A stretch of 64,000 nt of DNA from Demequina sp. (lineage in GTDB: Bacteria > Actinomycetota > Actinomycetes > Actinomycetales > Demequinaceae). The stretch lies in contig NZ_JASGEO010000024.1 in NCBI RefSeq assembly GCF_049841215.1, forward strand, positions 73,322 to 137,321. Reading direction: 5' to 3'. Positions 10,788 through 21,422 of the stretch are shown here, one piece after another. Below the pieces are notes generated by a model, which was not told the DNA's origin, did no database searches, and saw only the letters and a list, made by a program, of their open reading frames with translations. Both the position numbers and the translations under genes were made by a program. The first letter of the stretch is position 1, and every line of letters begins with the position of its first letter.

Positions 10788-11579
10788 TTAGCCCTCGTTG
10801 ACCGCGCCGCCCGCGGCCTCGATCTTGGTCTTCGCGGACTGCGAAACCTTGTCCGCGTCCACAAGGGTCACCTTGACGGAGATGTCGCCGTCGCCCAGCA
10901 CCTTGACGGGCTTGTTCTTGCGCACGGCACCCTTCTCGACGAGGTCAGCCTTGGTCACCTTGCCGCCCTTGGGGAACAGCTCGGCGAGCTGCGCCACATT
11001 GACAACCTGGTACGTGACCTTGAACGGGCTCTTGAAGCCACGCAGCTTGGGAATGCGCATGTGGATGGGCGTCTGTCCACCCTCGAAGCGCTCCGGCACC
11101 TGGTAACGGGCGCCGGTTCCCTTGGTACCGCGACCAGCGGTCTTACCCTTGGACGCCTCACCGCGACCCACGCGGGTCTTCTTGGTGTGCGCGCCAGCGG
11201 CAGGACGCAAGTGGTGCAGCTTGAGCGTCGCAACCTTGTCCTCACCCTCTGCGGGCTTGGACGCGGCCTTGGCGGCAGGCTTCTTGGCGGCAGCCGTCTT
11301 GGCGGGCGCCTTGGCGGCAGGCTTGCTGTCCGACGCTGCGGGAGCCTTAGCGGCAGCCTTCGGCGCCGCCTTCTCCGCGGTCGCCTTGTCTGCCGTCGCC
11401 TTAGCGGCGGGCTTCTTGGCGGCAGCCGTCTTCGCAGCGGGAGCCTTGGCGGCAGCGGCCTTCGCCGGAGCCTTCTTGGCAGCAGGCTTATCAGCCTTGG
11501 CGGCCGCAGGCTTGTCAGCCTTGGCAGCAGCAGGCTTCTTAGCCGGAGCCTTCTTGGCGGGGGTCTTCTCCTCAGCCAT
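10788..11579 (-). CDS. rplO: 50S ribosomal protein L15 (uL15) with a ~115-aa Ala/Lys/Pro-rich N-terminal extension
   Basis: 263 aa ORF. The canonical L15 core starts near [25 protein letters not shown], where no start codon is available. The ATG at 11579 overlaps the rpmD stop (TAATG). Confidence 0.9.
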   Translation of the reverse strand: MAEEKTPAKKAPAKKPAAAKADKPAAAKADKPAAKKAPAKAAAAKAPAAKTAAAKKPAAKATADKATAEKAAPKAAAKAPAASDSKPAAKAPAKTAAAKKPAAKAASKPAEGEDKVATLKLHHLRPAAGAHTKKTRVGRGEASKGKTAGRGTKGTGARYQVPERFEGGQTPIHMRIPKLRGFKSPFKVTYQVVNVAQLAELFPKGGKVTKADLVEKGAVRKNKPVKVLGDGDISVKVTLVDADKVSQSAKTKIEAAGGAVNEG

Positions 11580-11761
11580 TAGTCAACCTCCTCCACGGCA
11601 ACCAGGTGGTTGACCGCCTTGACCATCCCGCGAATCTCGGGACGGTCCTCCTTCACGACAATGTCGCCGATGCGCTTGAGACCGAGCGAACGCACGGTCT
11701 CGCGGTGCTGCGGCTTGACGCCGATGACCGAACGCTTCTGCGTGATCTTGAGGCGTGCCAT
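11579..11761 (-). CDS. rpmD: 50S ribosomal protein L30 (uL30)
   Basis: 60 aa ORF beginning [28 protein letters not shown]. Confidence 0.95.
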   Translation of the reverse strand: MARLKITQKRSVIGVKPQHRETVRSLGLKRIGDIVVKEDRPEIRGMVKAVNHLVAVEEVD

Positions 11762-12330
11762 TACTTCACCCCTGCAGCCTGAGCGCGCAGCATCGCCGCG
11801 GGGGCGACCTCTTCGACGCTCTTGCCGCGGCGCGCAGCCACGGCCTCAGGACGCTCGAGGCGCTTGAGCGCGTCGACCGTCGCGTGGACGATGTTGATGG
11901 CGTTGGACGAGCCGAGCGACTTGCTCAGCACGTCGTGGATGCCAGCGCACTCGAGCACCGCGCGCACCGGACCACCGGCGATAACACCGGTACCGGGGGA
12001 CGCGGGGCGCAGGAACACGACACCGGCAGCGGCCTCACCCTGCACGGCGTGCGGGATGGTGCCCTGGATGCGCGGCACGCGGAAGAAGGAGCGCTTTGCC
12101 TCCTCGACACCCTTCGAGATGGCGGCAGGCACCTCCTTCGCCTTGCCGTAACCGATGCCGACGTTGCCCTCGCCATCGCCAACGACCACAAGGGCGGTGA
12201 AGCTGAAGCGGCGACCGCCCTTCACGACCTTGGAGACGCGGTTGATGGTGACGACGCGCTCGACGAACTTGTTCTCCGGCTCCTGGCCGCGACGGTTGTC
12301 GTTGCGGCGGCCGGTGTTGTTGTCAGCCAT
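11761..12330 (-). CDS. rpsE: 30S ribosomal protein S5 (uS5)
   Basis: 189 aa ORF containing [30 protein letters not shown]. Confidence 0.95.
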   Translation of the reverse strand: MADNNTGRRNDNRRGQEPENKFVERVVTINRVSKVVKGGRRFSFTALVVVGDGEGNVGIGYGKAKEVPAAISKGVEEAKRSFFRVPRIQGTIPHAVQGEAAAGVVFLRPASPGTGVIAGGPVRAVLECAGIHDVLSKSLGSSNAINIVHATVDALKRLERPEAVAARRGKSVEEVAPAAMLRAQAAGVK

Positions 12331-12360
12331 AGTGTTTCCCTAAACCTGTTCCGGCCGCCC

Positions 12361-12735
12361 CTACAGGGACAGGCCGCCCTCTCGTGCGCCGTCGGCCACT
12401 GCCGCAACGCGGCCGTGGTACTTGTTGCCACCGCGGTCGAACACGACAGCGTCGATGCCCGCAGCCTTGGCGCGCTCGGCGACCAGCTGGCCCACCTTCG
12501 ACGCCTTGGCCGTCTTGTCGCCCTTGAGCGAGCGGACATCGGCCTCGAGGGTCGACGCCGACGCGAGGGTGGTGCCCTGCGTGTCGTCGACAATCTGCGC
12601 GACCATGTGACGCGACGAGCGAGTCACAACGAGACGGGGACGAGCCGGCGTACCGGAGATCTTCTTGCGCAGGCGGAAGTGGCGACGCTGACGCGACACC
12701 GCCTTGCCCTTGCCCTTGACAGTGATGCTCCTCAT
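12361..12735 (-). CDS. rplR: 50S ribosomal protein L18 (uL18)
   Basis: 124 aa ORF in the conserved spc-operon position, containing [24 protein letters not shown]. Confidence 0.95.
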   Translation of the reverse strand: MRSITVKGKGKAVSRQRRHFRLRKKISGTPARPRLVVTRSSRHMVAQIVDDTQGTTLASASTLEADVRSLKGDKTAKASKVGQLVAERAKAAGIDAVVFDRGGNKYHGRVAAVADGAREGGLSL

Positions 12736-12737
12736 GG

Positions 12738-13274
12738 CTACTTACCTGTCTTTCCGGCCTTGCGGCGAACCTGCTCGCCCGCGTAGCGGACACCCTTGCC
12801 CTTGTACGGCTCGGGCTTGCGAATCTTGCGAATGTTGGCCGCAACCTCGCCCACCTGCTGCTTGCTGATGCCAGCAACGGAGAACTTGGTGGGGCTCTCC
12901 ACAGCAAAGGTGATGCCGGCGGGCGGCGTGACGACCACGGGGTGCGAGAAGCCGAGGGCGAACTCGAGGTCCGAGCCCTTGAGCGCCACGCGGTAACCGG
13001 TGCCGACGATCTCGAGCTTCTTCTCGTAACCGTCGGTCACGCCCGTGACCATGTTCGCGACCAAGGTGCGGGTAAGACCGTGAAGGGACTTCGCGAGGCG
13101 CTCGTCGTTGGGACGCTTCACCTCGAGGCCGTCTTCCGACTTCTCGACCGTGATCGGGGCGGCCACCGTGTGCGTCAAGGTGCCCTTGGGGCCCTTGACC
13201 GTCAACTCGGAGCCGTCAATCGTGACATCCACGCCCGCGGGGACCGCGACGGGGATCTTTCCAATGCGCGACAT
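12738..13274 (-). CDS. rplF: 50S ribosomal protein L6 (uL6)
   Basis: 178 aa ORF beginning [21 protein letters not shown]. Confidence 0.95.
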   Translation of the reverse strand: MSRIGKIPVAVPAGVDVTIDGSELTVKGPKGTLTHTVAAPITVEKSEDGLEVKRPNDERLAKSLHGLTRTLVANMVTGVTDGYEKKLEIVGTGYRVALKGSDLEFALGFSHPVVVTPPAGITFAVESPTKFSVAGISKQQVGEVAANIRKIRKPEPYKGKGVRYAGEQVRRKAGKTGK

Positions 13275-13289
13275 ATCTGTTCCTCCCGC

Positions 13290-13688
13290 TTACCAGACGA
13301 ACGCGACGACCTCGCCGCCGACGCCCTTCTTCTCGGCCTCACGGTCCGTGAGCAGACCAGAGGAGGTGGACAGGATGGCAACGCCAAGACCGCCAAGAAC
13401 CTTGGGGAGGTTCGTGGACTTTGCGTACACACGCAGGCCCGGCTTGGAGACACGGCGCACACCGGCAAGCGAACGCTCGCGGTTGGGGCCGTACTTGAGG
13501 GTGAGGGTGAGCGTCTTGCCCACCTCGGCGTCGGCCACGGAAGAGCCGGCGATGTAGCCCTCGGCCTCGAGGATCTTGGCGATGTTCGCCTTGAGCTTCG
13601 AGTGAGGCATCGACACGGTGTCGTGGTACGCCGAATTCGCGTTGCGCAGACGCGTGAGCATGTCTGCGATCGGGTCAGTCATTGTCAT
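13290..13688 (-). CDS. rpsH: 30S ribosomal protein S8 (uS8)
   Basis: The ORF-track frame extends to 13712. The ATG at 13688 gives the canonical [17 protein letters not shown]. Confidence 0.95.
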   Translation of the reverse strand: MTMTDPIADMLTRLRNANSAYHDTVSMPHSKLKANIAKILEAEGYIAGSSVADAEVGKTLTLTLKYGPNRERSLAGVRRVSKPGLRVYAKSTNLPKVLGGLGVAILSTSSGLLTDREAEKKGVGGEVVAFVW

Positions 13689-13745
13689 GAGTGTTGAACT
13701 CTTTCTCGCCACGGTTTCCTTGAACAGGACCTGCGGCGTAGTTGA

Positions 13746-13931
13746 TTACCAGCTGCTCTTGGTGATTCCGGGCAGCTCGCCAGCGTGCGCCATCTCGCGG
13801 AAGCACACACGGCAGAGACCGAACTTGCGGTACACCGAGTGCGGACGACCGCACTTCTGGCACCGGGTGTAGCCGCGAACGGCAAACTTGGGCTTCTTGG
13901 CCGCCTTGTTCTTGAGGGCAGTCTTCGCCAT
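13746..13931 (-). CDS. rpsN: 30S ribosomal protein S14, type Z (Zn-binding)
   Basis: 61 aa ORF with CQKC and CRVC motifs, ending in ITKSSW. Confidence 0.95.
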   Translation of the reverse strand: MAKTALKNKAAKKPKFAVRGYTRCQKCGRPHSVYRKFGLCRVCFREMAHAGELPGITKSSW

Positions 13932-13932
13932 G

Positions 13933-14496
13933 TCACTTCTCCTTGAACGGGAAGCCCAGCTGCTTCAGCAGCGAGCGACCCTCGTCGTCCGTGGACGCGG
14001 TCGTGACAATGGTGATGTCCATGCCGCGCACGCGGTCGATCTTGTCCTGGTTGATCTCGTGGAACATCGACTGCTCGTTGAGACCGAAGGTGTAGTTGCC
14101 GTGGCCGTCGAACTGGCCCGGGTTGAGACCGCGGAAGTCACGGATACGGGGAAGCGCGATCGACAGCAGTCGGTCGAGGAACTCCCACATCCGGTCGCCG
14201 CGCAGCGTCACGTGGGCGCCGATGGGCTGACCCTCACGCAGTTTGAACTGCGCGATGGACTTGCGGGCCTTGGTGACCTGCGGCTTCTGGCCCGTGATCG
14301 CGGTGAGGTCGGCGATGGCGCCCTCGATGAGCTTCGAGTCGCGCGCGGCCTCGCCCACACCCATGTTGACGACGATCTTGGTGAGACCGGCAACCTGGTT
14401 CACGTTGGCGTGGTTGAACTCCTCGATGAGCGCCGGGGCGATCTCTTCGCGGTACTTGGCCTTCAGGCGCGGCTGAGTGTTAGTCGCGGTAGCCAT
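13933..14496 (-). CDS. rplE: 50S ribosomal protein L5 (uL5)
   Basis: 187 aa ORF in the conserved spc-operon position. Confidence 0.95.
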   Translation of the reverse strand: MATATNTQPRLKAKYREEIAPALIEEFNHANVNQVAGLTKIVVNMGVGEAARDSKLIEGAIADLTAITGQKPQVTKARKSIAQFKLREGQPIGAHVTLRGDRMWEFLDRLLSIALPRIRDFRGLNPGQFDGHGNYTFGLNEQSMFHEINQDKIDRVRGMDITIVTTASTDDEGRSLLKQLGFPFKEK

Positions 14497-14834
14497 TAGA
14501 CGTCCTTACCCGAGCGCTTGGCGACGCGGACGCGCTGAGTGCGCGTGCGGCCGTCACGCTCGACCTGCTCGGTGCGGTACCCAACACGGGTGCCCTTCTT
14601 GGTCTCGGGGTCAACCAGCATCACGTTCGAGACGTGAATGGGGGCCTCGATGTGGACGATGCCACCCGACTGCTGGTCCCGACGAGTACCGGGCTTGATG
14701 TGCTTGGTCACACGCTGAATACCCTCGACGATCACGCGGTCGGAGTCCTTGAGGACCTCGAGCACGCGACCCTGCTGACCGCGGTCCTTGCCCGCGATGA
14801 CGACGACGAGGTCGCCCTTCTTGATCTTCGCCAT
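14496..14834 (-). CDS. rplX: 50S ribosomal protein L24 (uL24)
   Basis: 112 aa ORF beginning [19 protein letters not shown]. Confidence 0.95.
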   Translation of the reverse strand: MAKIKKGDLVVVIAGKDRGQQGRVLEVLKDSDRVIVEGIQRVTKHIKPGTRRDQQSGGIVHIEAPIHVSNVMLVDPETKKGTRVGYRTEQVERDGRTRTQRVRVAKRSGKDV

Positions 14835-14838
14835 GGGA

Positions 14839-15210
14839 CTAGATCACCTCCGGTGCCAGCGAGATGATCTTCATGAACTTCTTGTCGCGCAGCTCGCGGC
14901 CAACAGGGCCGAAGATGCGGGTGCCACGGGGGTCACCATCAGTGTTCTTGAGGATCACCGCTGCGTTCTCGTCGAAGCGGATGTAGGAACCGTCGGGACG
15001 GCGGCGCTCCTTGGTGGTGCGCACGACGACTGCCTTAACGACATCGCCCTTCTTGACGTTGCCGCCAGGGATAGCGTCCTTGACGGTGGCAACGATCGTG
15101 TCGCCGATGCCGGCGTAGCGACGGTGCGAGCCGCCGAGCACACGGATGCAGAGGATCTCCTTGGCACCCGTGTTGTCGGCGACGCGAAGTCGCGACTCCT
15201 GCTGAATCAT
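14839..15210 (-). CDS. rplN: 50S ribosomal protein L14 (uL14)
   Basis: 123 aa ORF beginning [18 protein letters not shown]. Confidence 0.95.
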   Translation of the reverse strand: MIQQESRLRVADNTGAKEILCIRVLGGSHRRYAGIGDTIVATVKDAIPGGNVKKGDVVKAVVVRTTKERRRPDGSYIRFDENAAVILKNTDGDPRGTRIFGPVGRELRDKKFMKIISLAPEVI

Positions 15211-15234
15211 GTCTGTGTCTCCTGTCGTCTGGTT

Positions 15235-15300
15235 CTCGCTGATCGCTCAGCGAGCCTGGTCGAACTTTCTACTTGGCCTTTTCGACGATTTCGACCAGGC
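15235..15300 (-). other. double stem-loop at the S10/spc operon junction
   Basis: First hairpin, 15235..15254: CTCGCTGA, a TCGC loop, then TCAGCGAG (perfect 8 bp). Second hairpin: GCCTGGTCGAA at 15254..15264 pairs with TTCGACCAGGC at 15290..15300 (perfect 11 bp) and encloses the rpsQ stop codon. Confidence 0.5.
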
Positions 15301-15556
15301 GCCACCGCTTGGAAGCGGACAGCGGGCGGGTCTCCATCACCACAACGAGGTCGCCGATACCGGCGGTGTTGGCCTCATCGTGGGCCTTGATCTTGCTGGT
15401 ACGGCGCATGACCTTGCCGTAGAGCGGGTGCTTGACGCGGTCCTCGATCTCCACGGTGATGGTCTTGTCCATCTTGTCTGACGTCACGTACCCGCGACGC
15501 GTCTTGCGGTAAGCGCGGTGCTCGGTCGTGGCCGTCGTGTGCTTCTTGGTCGACAT
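15269..15556 (-). CDS. rpsQ: 30S ribosomal protein S17 (uS17)
   Basis: 95 aa ORF containing [18 protein letters not shown]. Confidence 0.95.
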   Translation of the reverse strand: MSTKKHTTATTEHRAYRKTRRGYVTSDKMDKTITVEIEDRVKHPLYGKVMRRTSKIKAHDEANTAGIGDLVVVMETRPLSASKRWRLVEIVEKAK

Positions 15557-15565
15557 AGTGCTTCC

Positions 15566-15808
15566 TTACTCGGCCTTCGCGCTCGGTGCGGTCCTGATGC
15601 CGAGCTCGCGCTCGCGCAGGATCGTGTAGATGCGGGCGATGTCACGCTTCACGGCCTTGAGGCGGCCGTGGTTCTCAAGCTGACCCGTCGCGGACTGGAA
15701 GCGCAGGTTGAACAGCTCTTCCTTCGACTTCTTGAGCTCCTCGAGAAGGCGCTCGTCCTCCATGGCGTCGAGCTCGGAGGGAGCAAGGGCCTTAGTACCG
15801 ATAGCCAT
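15566..15808 (-). CDS. rpmC: 50S ribosomal protein L29 (uL29)
   Basis: 80 aa ORF in the conserved S10-operon position. Confidence 0.9.
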   Translation of the reverse strand: MAIGTKALAPSELDAMEDERLLEELKKSKEELFNLRFQSATGQLENHGRLKAVKRDIARIYTILRERELGIRTAPSAKAE

Positions 15809-16227
15809 CAGATGTCACCACCTTCACGGGTCACAAAACGGGTCTTCATAGGCAGCTTGTGCTGGGCGCGGCGCATGGCCTCGCGGGCCAGCTCCTCGGG
15901 CACGCCGGCGAGCTCGAACATCACTCGGCCTGGCTTGACGTTGGCGACCCACCACTCGGGCGAACCCTTACCGGAGCCCATGCGGACTTCGGCAGGCTTC
16001 TTGGTCAACGGGCGGTCGGGGTAGATCGTGATCCACACCTTTCCACCACGCTTGATGTGACGCGTCATGGCGATACGAGCCGCCTCGATCTGGCGGTTCG
16101 TCACATACGCAGGCTCAAGAGCCTGGATGCCGAAGTCGCCAAACGTCACCTGGGTACCACCGGTAGCAGCGCCGGAACGTCCGGGGTGGTGCTGCTTGCG
16201 GTGCTTGACTCGACGGGGAATAAGCAT
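15808..16227 (-). CDS. rplP: 50S ribosomal protein L16 (uL16)
   Basis: 139 aa ORF beginning [15 protein letters not shown]. Confidence 0.95.
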   Translation of the reverse strand: MLIPRRVKHRKQHHPGRSGAATGGTQVTFGDFGIQALEPAYVTNRQIEAARIAMTRHIKRGGKVWITIYPDRPLTKKPAEVRMGSGKGSPEWWVANVKPGRVMFELAGVPEELAREAMRRAQHKLPMKTRFVTREGGDI

Positions 16228-16230
16228 GGC

Positions 16231-17043
16231 TTAGCCTTCCTTCCCAGCGTCAGCTGCAACAGCCTCGGCCGCAGGGGCCTCGGCGCCAGCCTCAGCCTGA
16301 GGGGCGGAGTCGCGGCGCGGGCCGCGAGACGGACGGTCACCACGGTCGCCACGGCCGGTGCGCTGGGGGCGCGGAGCCTTGGCCTGCTCGGCCGCCCACT
16401 CCTTCTCGGTCATGTCGCCCTTGTAGATCCACACCTTGACGCCGATCTGGCCGAACGTGGTGCGGGCCTCAAAGAAGCCGTAGTCGATGTTGGCGCGGAG
16501 CGTGTGCAACGGCACACGACCCTCGCGGTAGAACTCGGAGCGCGACATTTCCGCGCCGCCAAGACGACCGGAGCACTGCACGCGGATGCCCTTGGCGCCG
16601 GCACGCAGCGCGGACTGGATGCCCTTGCGCATGGCACGACGGAACGACACACGCGAAGCGAGCTGCTCGGCGATGCCCTGGGCAACGAGCTGAGCGTCCA
16701 CCTCGGCGTTCTTCACCTCGAGGATGTTGAGCTGAACCTGCTTGCCCGTGAGCTTCTCGAGGCTCGCGCGCAGCTTGTCCGCCTCAGCACCGCGGCGACC
16801 GATGACGATGCCGGGACGAGCGGTGTGGAGGTCCACACGCACGCGCTCGCGGGTGCGCTCGATTTCTACCTTGGACACGCCCGCACGCTCGAGACCCTTG
16901 GCCATGAGCTGACGGATCTTGACGTCCTCGTCCACGTAGTCGCGGTAGCGCTCGCCCTTCTTGGTCGAGTCGGCGAACCAGCGCGAACGGTGGTCGGTCG
17001 TGATGCCCAGGCGGTAGCCGTGGGGGTTGACCTTCTGACCCAT
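16231..17043 (-). CDS. rpsC: 30S ribosomal protein S3 (uS3) with an Arg/Gly/Ala-rich C-terminal tail
   Basis: 270 aa ORF beginning [18 protein letters not shown]. Confidence 0.95.
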   Translation of the reverse strand: MGQKVNPHGYRLGITTDHRSRWFADSTKKGERYRDYVDEDVKIRQLMAKGLERAGVSKVEIERTRERVRVDLHTARPGIVIGRRGAEADKLRASLEKLTGKQVQLNILEVKNAEVDAQLVAQGIAEQLASRVSFRRAMRKGIQSALRAGAKGIRVQCSGRLGGAEMSRSEFYREGRVPLHTLRANIDYGFFEARTTFGQIGVKVWIYKGDMTEKEWAAEQAKAPRPQRTGRGDRGDRPSRGPRRDSAPQAEAGAEAPAAEAVAADAGKEG

Positions 17044-17414
17044 TACTTGGCCCCTTCCTTGACGGCGACCGGGGTCGCGACAACGACAGTGATGTGGCTC
17101 GACCGCTTGAGGATGCGGTTGGCACGGCCCTGAGCGCGCGGCTGAATGCGCTTCATGGTCGGGCCCTCGTCCACGTAGATCTCCTTGATGACCAGGTCAC
17201 GCTCGTCAAAGCGCTCGCCGGCGATGTCTGCCTTCACACGCGCGTTGGCGACGGCGGACTCGATGAGCTTGCGCACGTCAACGGCAACGGCCTGCGGCTG
17301 GAACTTCAGCGCCGTGGCTGCCTCGAGAGCGTTCTGACCACGGACAAGGTTCACGACGCGGCGAGCCTTCTGAGCGGTGACGCGAAGGTGTCGCGTCTGC
17401 GCCTTGGCTTCCAT
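17043..17414 (-). CDS. rplV: 50S ribosomal protein L22 (uL22)
   Basis: 123 aa ORF in the conserved S10-operon position. Confidence 0.95.
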   Translation of the reverse strand: MEAKAQTRHLRVTAQKARRVVNLVRGQNALEAATALKFQPQAVAVDVRKLIESAVANARVKADIAGERFDERDLVIKEIYVDEGPTMKRIQPRAQGRANRILKRSSHITVVVATPVAVKEGAK

Positions 17415-17444
17415 ATCTGACTCCTACTTCTCTCGCCCGGGCGC

Positions 17445-17723
17445 CTAGCGGCGGCCCTTGCGGTCGTCCTTAACGTGGCCCTTGAACGTGCGCGTGGGAG
17501 CGAACTCGCCCAGCTTGTGCCCAACCATCGACTCGGTGACGAACACCGGGACGTGCTTGCGGCCGTCGTGCACGGCAAAGGTGTGACCAAGGAAGTCGGG
17601 GGTGATAACCGACCGACGGCTCCAGGTCTTGATGACATTCTTGGTACCGGCTTCGTTCTGGCCGTCCACCTTCTTCTGCAGGTGGTCGTCGACGAAGGGG
17701 CCCTTCTTCAGACTGCGTGGCAT
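17445..17723 (-). CDS. rpsS: 30S ribosomal protein S19 (uS19)
   Basis: 92 aa ORF beginning [15 protein letters not shown]. Confidence 0.95.
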   Translation of the reverse strand: MPRSLKKGPFVDDHLQKKVDGQNEAGTKNVIKTWSRRSVITPDFLGHTFAVHDGRKHVPVFVTESMVGHKLGEFAPTRTFKGHVKDDRKGRR

Positions 17724-17735
17724 ATCTCAGGCTCC

Positions 17736-18575
<840 letters not shown>

Positions 18576-18588
18576 GTCTGTTCCTTAC

Positions 18589-18891
18589 CTAGCCAACCTG
18601 GCCGAAGATGTCGAGGGTCTCACCGGCACCAAGGGTGACGATGGCGCGCTTGACGTCCTTGCGCTTGCCCATACCGAAGCGGGTGCGACGCACCTTGCCC
18701 TTGCGGTTGATGGTGTTCACGGCCAAGACCTTGACACCGAAGATCTGCTCAACGGCGATCTTGATCTCGGTCTTGTTCGAGCGGGGGTCCACCTCAAAGG
18801 TGTACTTGCCCTCGTCCATGAGCGAGTAGCTCTTCTCCGACACGATGGGACGGATGAGAACGTCGCGGGGGTTCTTGTTGATCTGCGTCAT
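18589..18891 (-). CDS. rplW: 50S ribosomal protein L23 (uL23)
   Basis: 100 aa ORF in the conserved S10-operon position. Confidence 0.95.
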   Translation of the reverse strand: MTQINKNPRDVLIRPIVSEKSYSLMDEGKYTFEVDPRSNKTEIKIAVEQIFGVKVLAVNTINRKGKVRRTRFGMGKRKDVKRAIVTLGAGETLDIFGQVG

Positions 18892-18892
18892 C

Positions 18893-19585
18893 TCAGGCCT
18901 CCTCGACCTCAGACTCGGTCGCGACAGCCTTCGCCTGCTTGCCCGTTGCGGGGCCTGCGACGAACGCCTCGAGCGCGCCGGCCGTGAAGACGGTGTCGTC
19001 GTTCACGAGCACGTCGTAGGTGTTGAGCTGGTCAACGGCGAGCACGTGAACGTCGGCCGCGTTGCGCAGCGACTTCCATGCGGTCTCGTCGTTGCGCTGA
19101 AGCACCACGAGGGCGCTACGACCGGCCGTGAGGGCCTGGATCGCGGCGAGAGCGGACTTGGTGGACGGCACGTCACCGGCAACAACGTCCTTGAGGACGT
19201 GCACGCGGCCGGCGCGAGCGCGGTCAGAGAGCGCACCGCGCAGGGCGGCCGCCTTCATCTTCTTGGGCGTGCGCTGCGAGTAGTCACGCGGCTGGGGACC
19301 GTGAACGGTGCCACCACCGGCGAACTGGGGAGCGCGGGTTGAACCCTGGCGGGCGCGACCGGTGCCCTTCTGCTTGTACGGCTTGCGGCCACCGCCGGAG
19401 ACGTCACCACGGGTCTTGGTGGCGTGCGTGCCCTGGCGGGCAGCCGCACGCTGTGCCACGACAACCTGGTGGATCAGCGGGACGTTGGCGTCGACGTCGA
19501 AGATCTCTGCAGGAAGAGCGGCAGTGCCGGTCTTCTTGCCCTTCGCGTCAATCACGTCGATCGTGAGGTCAGCCATGTCGATCAC
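18893..19585 (-). CDS. rplD: 50S ribosomal protein L4 (uL4)
   Basis: 230 aa ORF. The GTG at 19585 overlaps the rplC stop (GTGA); an alternative ATG is at 19576. It contains [19 protein letters not shown]. Confidence 0.95.
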   Translation of the reverse strand: MIDMADLTIDVIDAKGKKTGTAALPAEIFDVDANVPLIHQVVVAQRAAARQGTHATKTRGDVSGGGRKPYKQKGTGRARQGSTRAPQFAGGGTVHGPQPRDYSQRTPKKMKAAALRGALSDRARAGRVHVLKDVVAGDVPSTKSALAAIQALTAGRSALVVLQRNDETAWKSLRNAADVHVLAVDQLNTYDVLVNDDTVFTAGALEAFVAGPATGKQAKAVATESEVEEA

Positions 19586-20244
19586 GCACCCTTCACGGCG
19601 GAGCGGATCAGCACGATGCCGCCCTTGGCGCCGGGAACGGCGCCCTTGATCAGCACGAGGCCCTTCTCAGCGTCAACCGAGTGGATCGTGAGGTTCTGGA
19701 TGGTACGGCGCTCGTTACCCATGCGACCGGCCATCTTGAGGCCGCGGAACACGCGCGAAGGCGTGGACGCGCCGCCGATGGAGCCCGGCTTGCGGTGGTT
19801 ACGGTGCGAACCGTGGGAGGCGCTGACGCCCTTGAAGCCGTGACGCTTCATCACACCAGCGGTGCCCTTGCCCTTGGTGGTGCCCGTGACGTCGACCTTC
19901 TGGCCGGCCTCGAACACGTCCGCAGCAATCTCCTGGCCGAGCGAGAACTCGGCGGCGTTGGAGGTGCGGATCTCTGCAACGTGGCGGCGCGGCGTCACAC
20001 CGGCGGCCTCGAAGTGGCCCGCGAGCGGCTTGGTCACGCGACGCGGGTCGACAGCGCCGAACGCCAGCTGGACGGCCTCGTAGCCGTCGCGGTCCGCGTT
20101 CCGCACCTGGGTCACAACGTTGGTGTCTACCTGGACGGCGGTGACCGGAACAATCCGGCCTGCCTCGTCCCACACCTGCGTCATGCCCAGCTTCGTACCG
20201 AGCAGCGCCGTCACGGCGCGCTGGGCATTGGAAGTGGTAGTCAT
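19582..20244 (-). CDS. rplC: 50S ribosomal protein L3 (uL3)
   Basis: 220 aa ORF containing [14 protein letters not shown]. Confidence 0.95.
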   Translation of the reverse strand: MTTTSNAQRAVTALLGTKLGMTQVWDEAGRIVPVTAVQVDTNVVTQVRNADRDGYEAVQLAFGAVDPRRVTKPLAGHFEAAGVTPRRHVAEIRTSNAAEFSLGQEIAADVFEAGQKVDVTGTTKGKGTAGVMKRHGFKGVSASHGSHRNHRKPGSIGGASTPSRVFRGLKMAGRMGNERRTIQNLTIHSVDAEKGLVLIKGAVPGAKGGIVLIRSAVKGA

Positions 20245-20265
20245 GATTGTTAAGTCCTTATGGGC

Positions 20266-20574
20266 CTAGAGCTTGATCTCGATGTTCACGTCCGCGGGCA
20301 GGTCGAGACGCATGAGCGAGTCAACAGCCTTGGGCGTGGGGTCCACGATGTCGATGAGGCGCTTGTGGGTGCGCATCTCGAAGTGCTCGCGGGAGTCCTT
20401 GTACTTGTGGGGAGAACGGATCACAACGAACACGTTCTTCTCGGTGGGCAGCGGGACGGGTCCCACCACGGACGCACCGGCGCGAGTGACCGTCTCAACG
20501 ATCTTGCGGGCGGAGGAGTCGATGACCTCGTGGTCATAGCTCTTCAGCCGGATGCGGATCTTCTGTCCCGCCAT
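20266..20574 (-). CDS. rpsJ: 30S ribosomal protein S10 (uS10)
   Basis: 102 aa ORF beginning [19 protein letters not shown]. Confidence 0.95.
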   Translation of the reverse strand: MAGQKIRIRLKSYDHEVIDSSARKIVETVTRAGASVVGPVPLPTEKNVFVVIRSPHKYKDSREHFEMRTHKRLIDIVDPTPKAVDSLMRLDLPADVNIEIKL

Positions 20575-20726
20575 GGCGTGTCTGCCTTTTCTCTCGTACA
20601 GCTATGGTCTTCACCCCGACCCCCGCGCTCGGGCGTGTCGCGCATCTTCGACGCGCGCACACCCCAGCCGGTTTTTCACGGCGATTCGTGGGTGAGTGAT
20701 GGCTACCCCAAAAGGGCAACCTGAAT

Positions 20727-20755
20727 ATTGTGCCAGATTGGGCGTGCGCACGCAA
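20727..20755 (-). promoter_or_regulatory. weak candidate promoter of the S10 operon
   Basis: Minus-strand reading is TTGCGT, a 17-nt spacer, then CACAAT. Both hexamers are only moderate matches. Confidence 0.25.
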
Positions 20756-20780
20756 ACGGCACCGTGGGCGCTCAAGCCCA

Positions 20781-20810
20781 CCACAGCGTCGGGCATGCCC
20801 GACGCTGGTG
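20781..20810. repeat. palindromic copy of the 14-nt intergenic repeat family
   Basis: CCACAGCGTCGGGC, then AT, then GCCCGACGCTGGTG. The inner 11 bp pair perfectly. It abuts the stop codon of the 20811 gene. Confidence 0.75.
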
Positions 20811-21035
20811 TCAGTTCACCGGTACGTCGCCCTTGGTGCTCTTGCGATCGTAGTAGGTGGGGCTGAAGAACAGGATGAGCCACATCGTTAGTGCGAGGAT
20901 GCCCACCACCAGTCCCGCGTCTACGAGCGGCATCGGGTCAGACCCCAGGTAGAACAGGACGCCCTGTGTGGCGAAGAACGTGAGCACAACAATGCCCATC
21001 TGCTTGAGGAACTTCCCCCACGTCTCGCGGCTCAT
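20811..21035 (-). CDS. small hypothetical membrane protein (two predicted TM helices)
   Basis: The ORF-track frame extends to 21188. The likely start is the ATG at 21035 (MSRETWGKFLKQMGIVVLTFFATQG). There are two hydrophobic stretches. GC content is visibly lower than in neighbouring genes. Confidence 0.5.
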   Translation of the reverse strand: MSRETWGKFLKQMGIVVLTFFATQGVLFYLGSDPMPLVDAGLVVGILALTMWLILFFSPTYYDRKSTKGDVPVN

Positions 21036-21045
21036 CGGGTCTCCC

Positions 21046-21321
21046 TCACCGAGCGTTCGCTCGAGGTTGAGTCCCAAAGGGCCACCGCACGCCCAGTCGT
21101 CGATAGTTGCGGAACTGCAGGATGTTGGTCCAGACAATCGCGAGGCCCGACGGTAGCAGCAGCCACGCGCCAAGGTCTGGTCGCACAAAGGCGAAGTAGA
21201 ACACGGCGAGCGTAGCGATCCCCAACAGCGTTGTCACCGCTGCGTGCACCGGCGTCGCGAACAGCGGCTTGGTATTGAGGTCGAACGTGCTCACGAATCG
21301 TGGCGGCTGCTCGCTGCTCAT
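21046..21321 (-). CDS. small hypothetical membrane protein (two predicted TM helices)
   Basis: The ORF-track frame extends to 21468. The likely start is the ATG at 21321 (MSSEQPPRFVSTFDL), preceded by GGGGGACAAGGGGG. There are two hydrophobic stretches. Confidence 0.5.
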   Translation of the reverse strand: MSSEQPPRFVSTFDLNTKPLFATPVHAAVTTLLGIATLAVFYFAFVRPDLGAWLLLPSGLAIVWTNILQFRNYRRLGVRWPFGTQPRANAR

Positions 21322-21422
21322 GTTTACCCCCTTGTCCCCCGCCCATTCTCCCTGGGCCGATAAATCGGACGTTACCACAGCGTCGGGCAGACCCGACGGC
21401 CCGGGCGCCTCCAATTCCCGGT

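Noticed and set aside
9429-11582. 717-aa plus-strand ORF. Similar very long ORFs occur at 21269-22918, 22798-24987, 27634-29883, 29932-31698, 31827-33860, 15859-17133, 17475-18638 and 48202-50205 (minus strand).
   Set aside because: All lie antisense to, or frame-shifted within, unmistakable core genes such as secY/rplO, tuf, fusA, rpoC, rpoB, r-protein genes and the ABC transporter. Their products are low-complexity and Arg/Gly/Ala/Leu/Val/Asp-rich, as expected for stop-codon-poor shadow frames in high-GC DNA.
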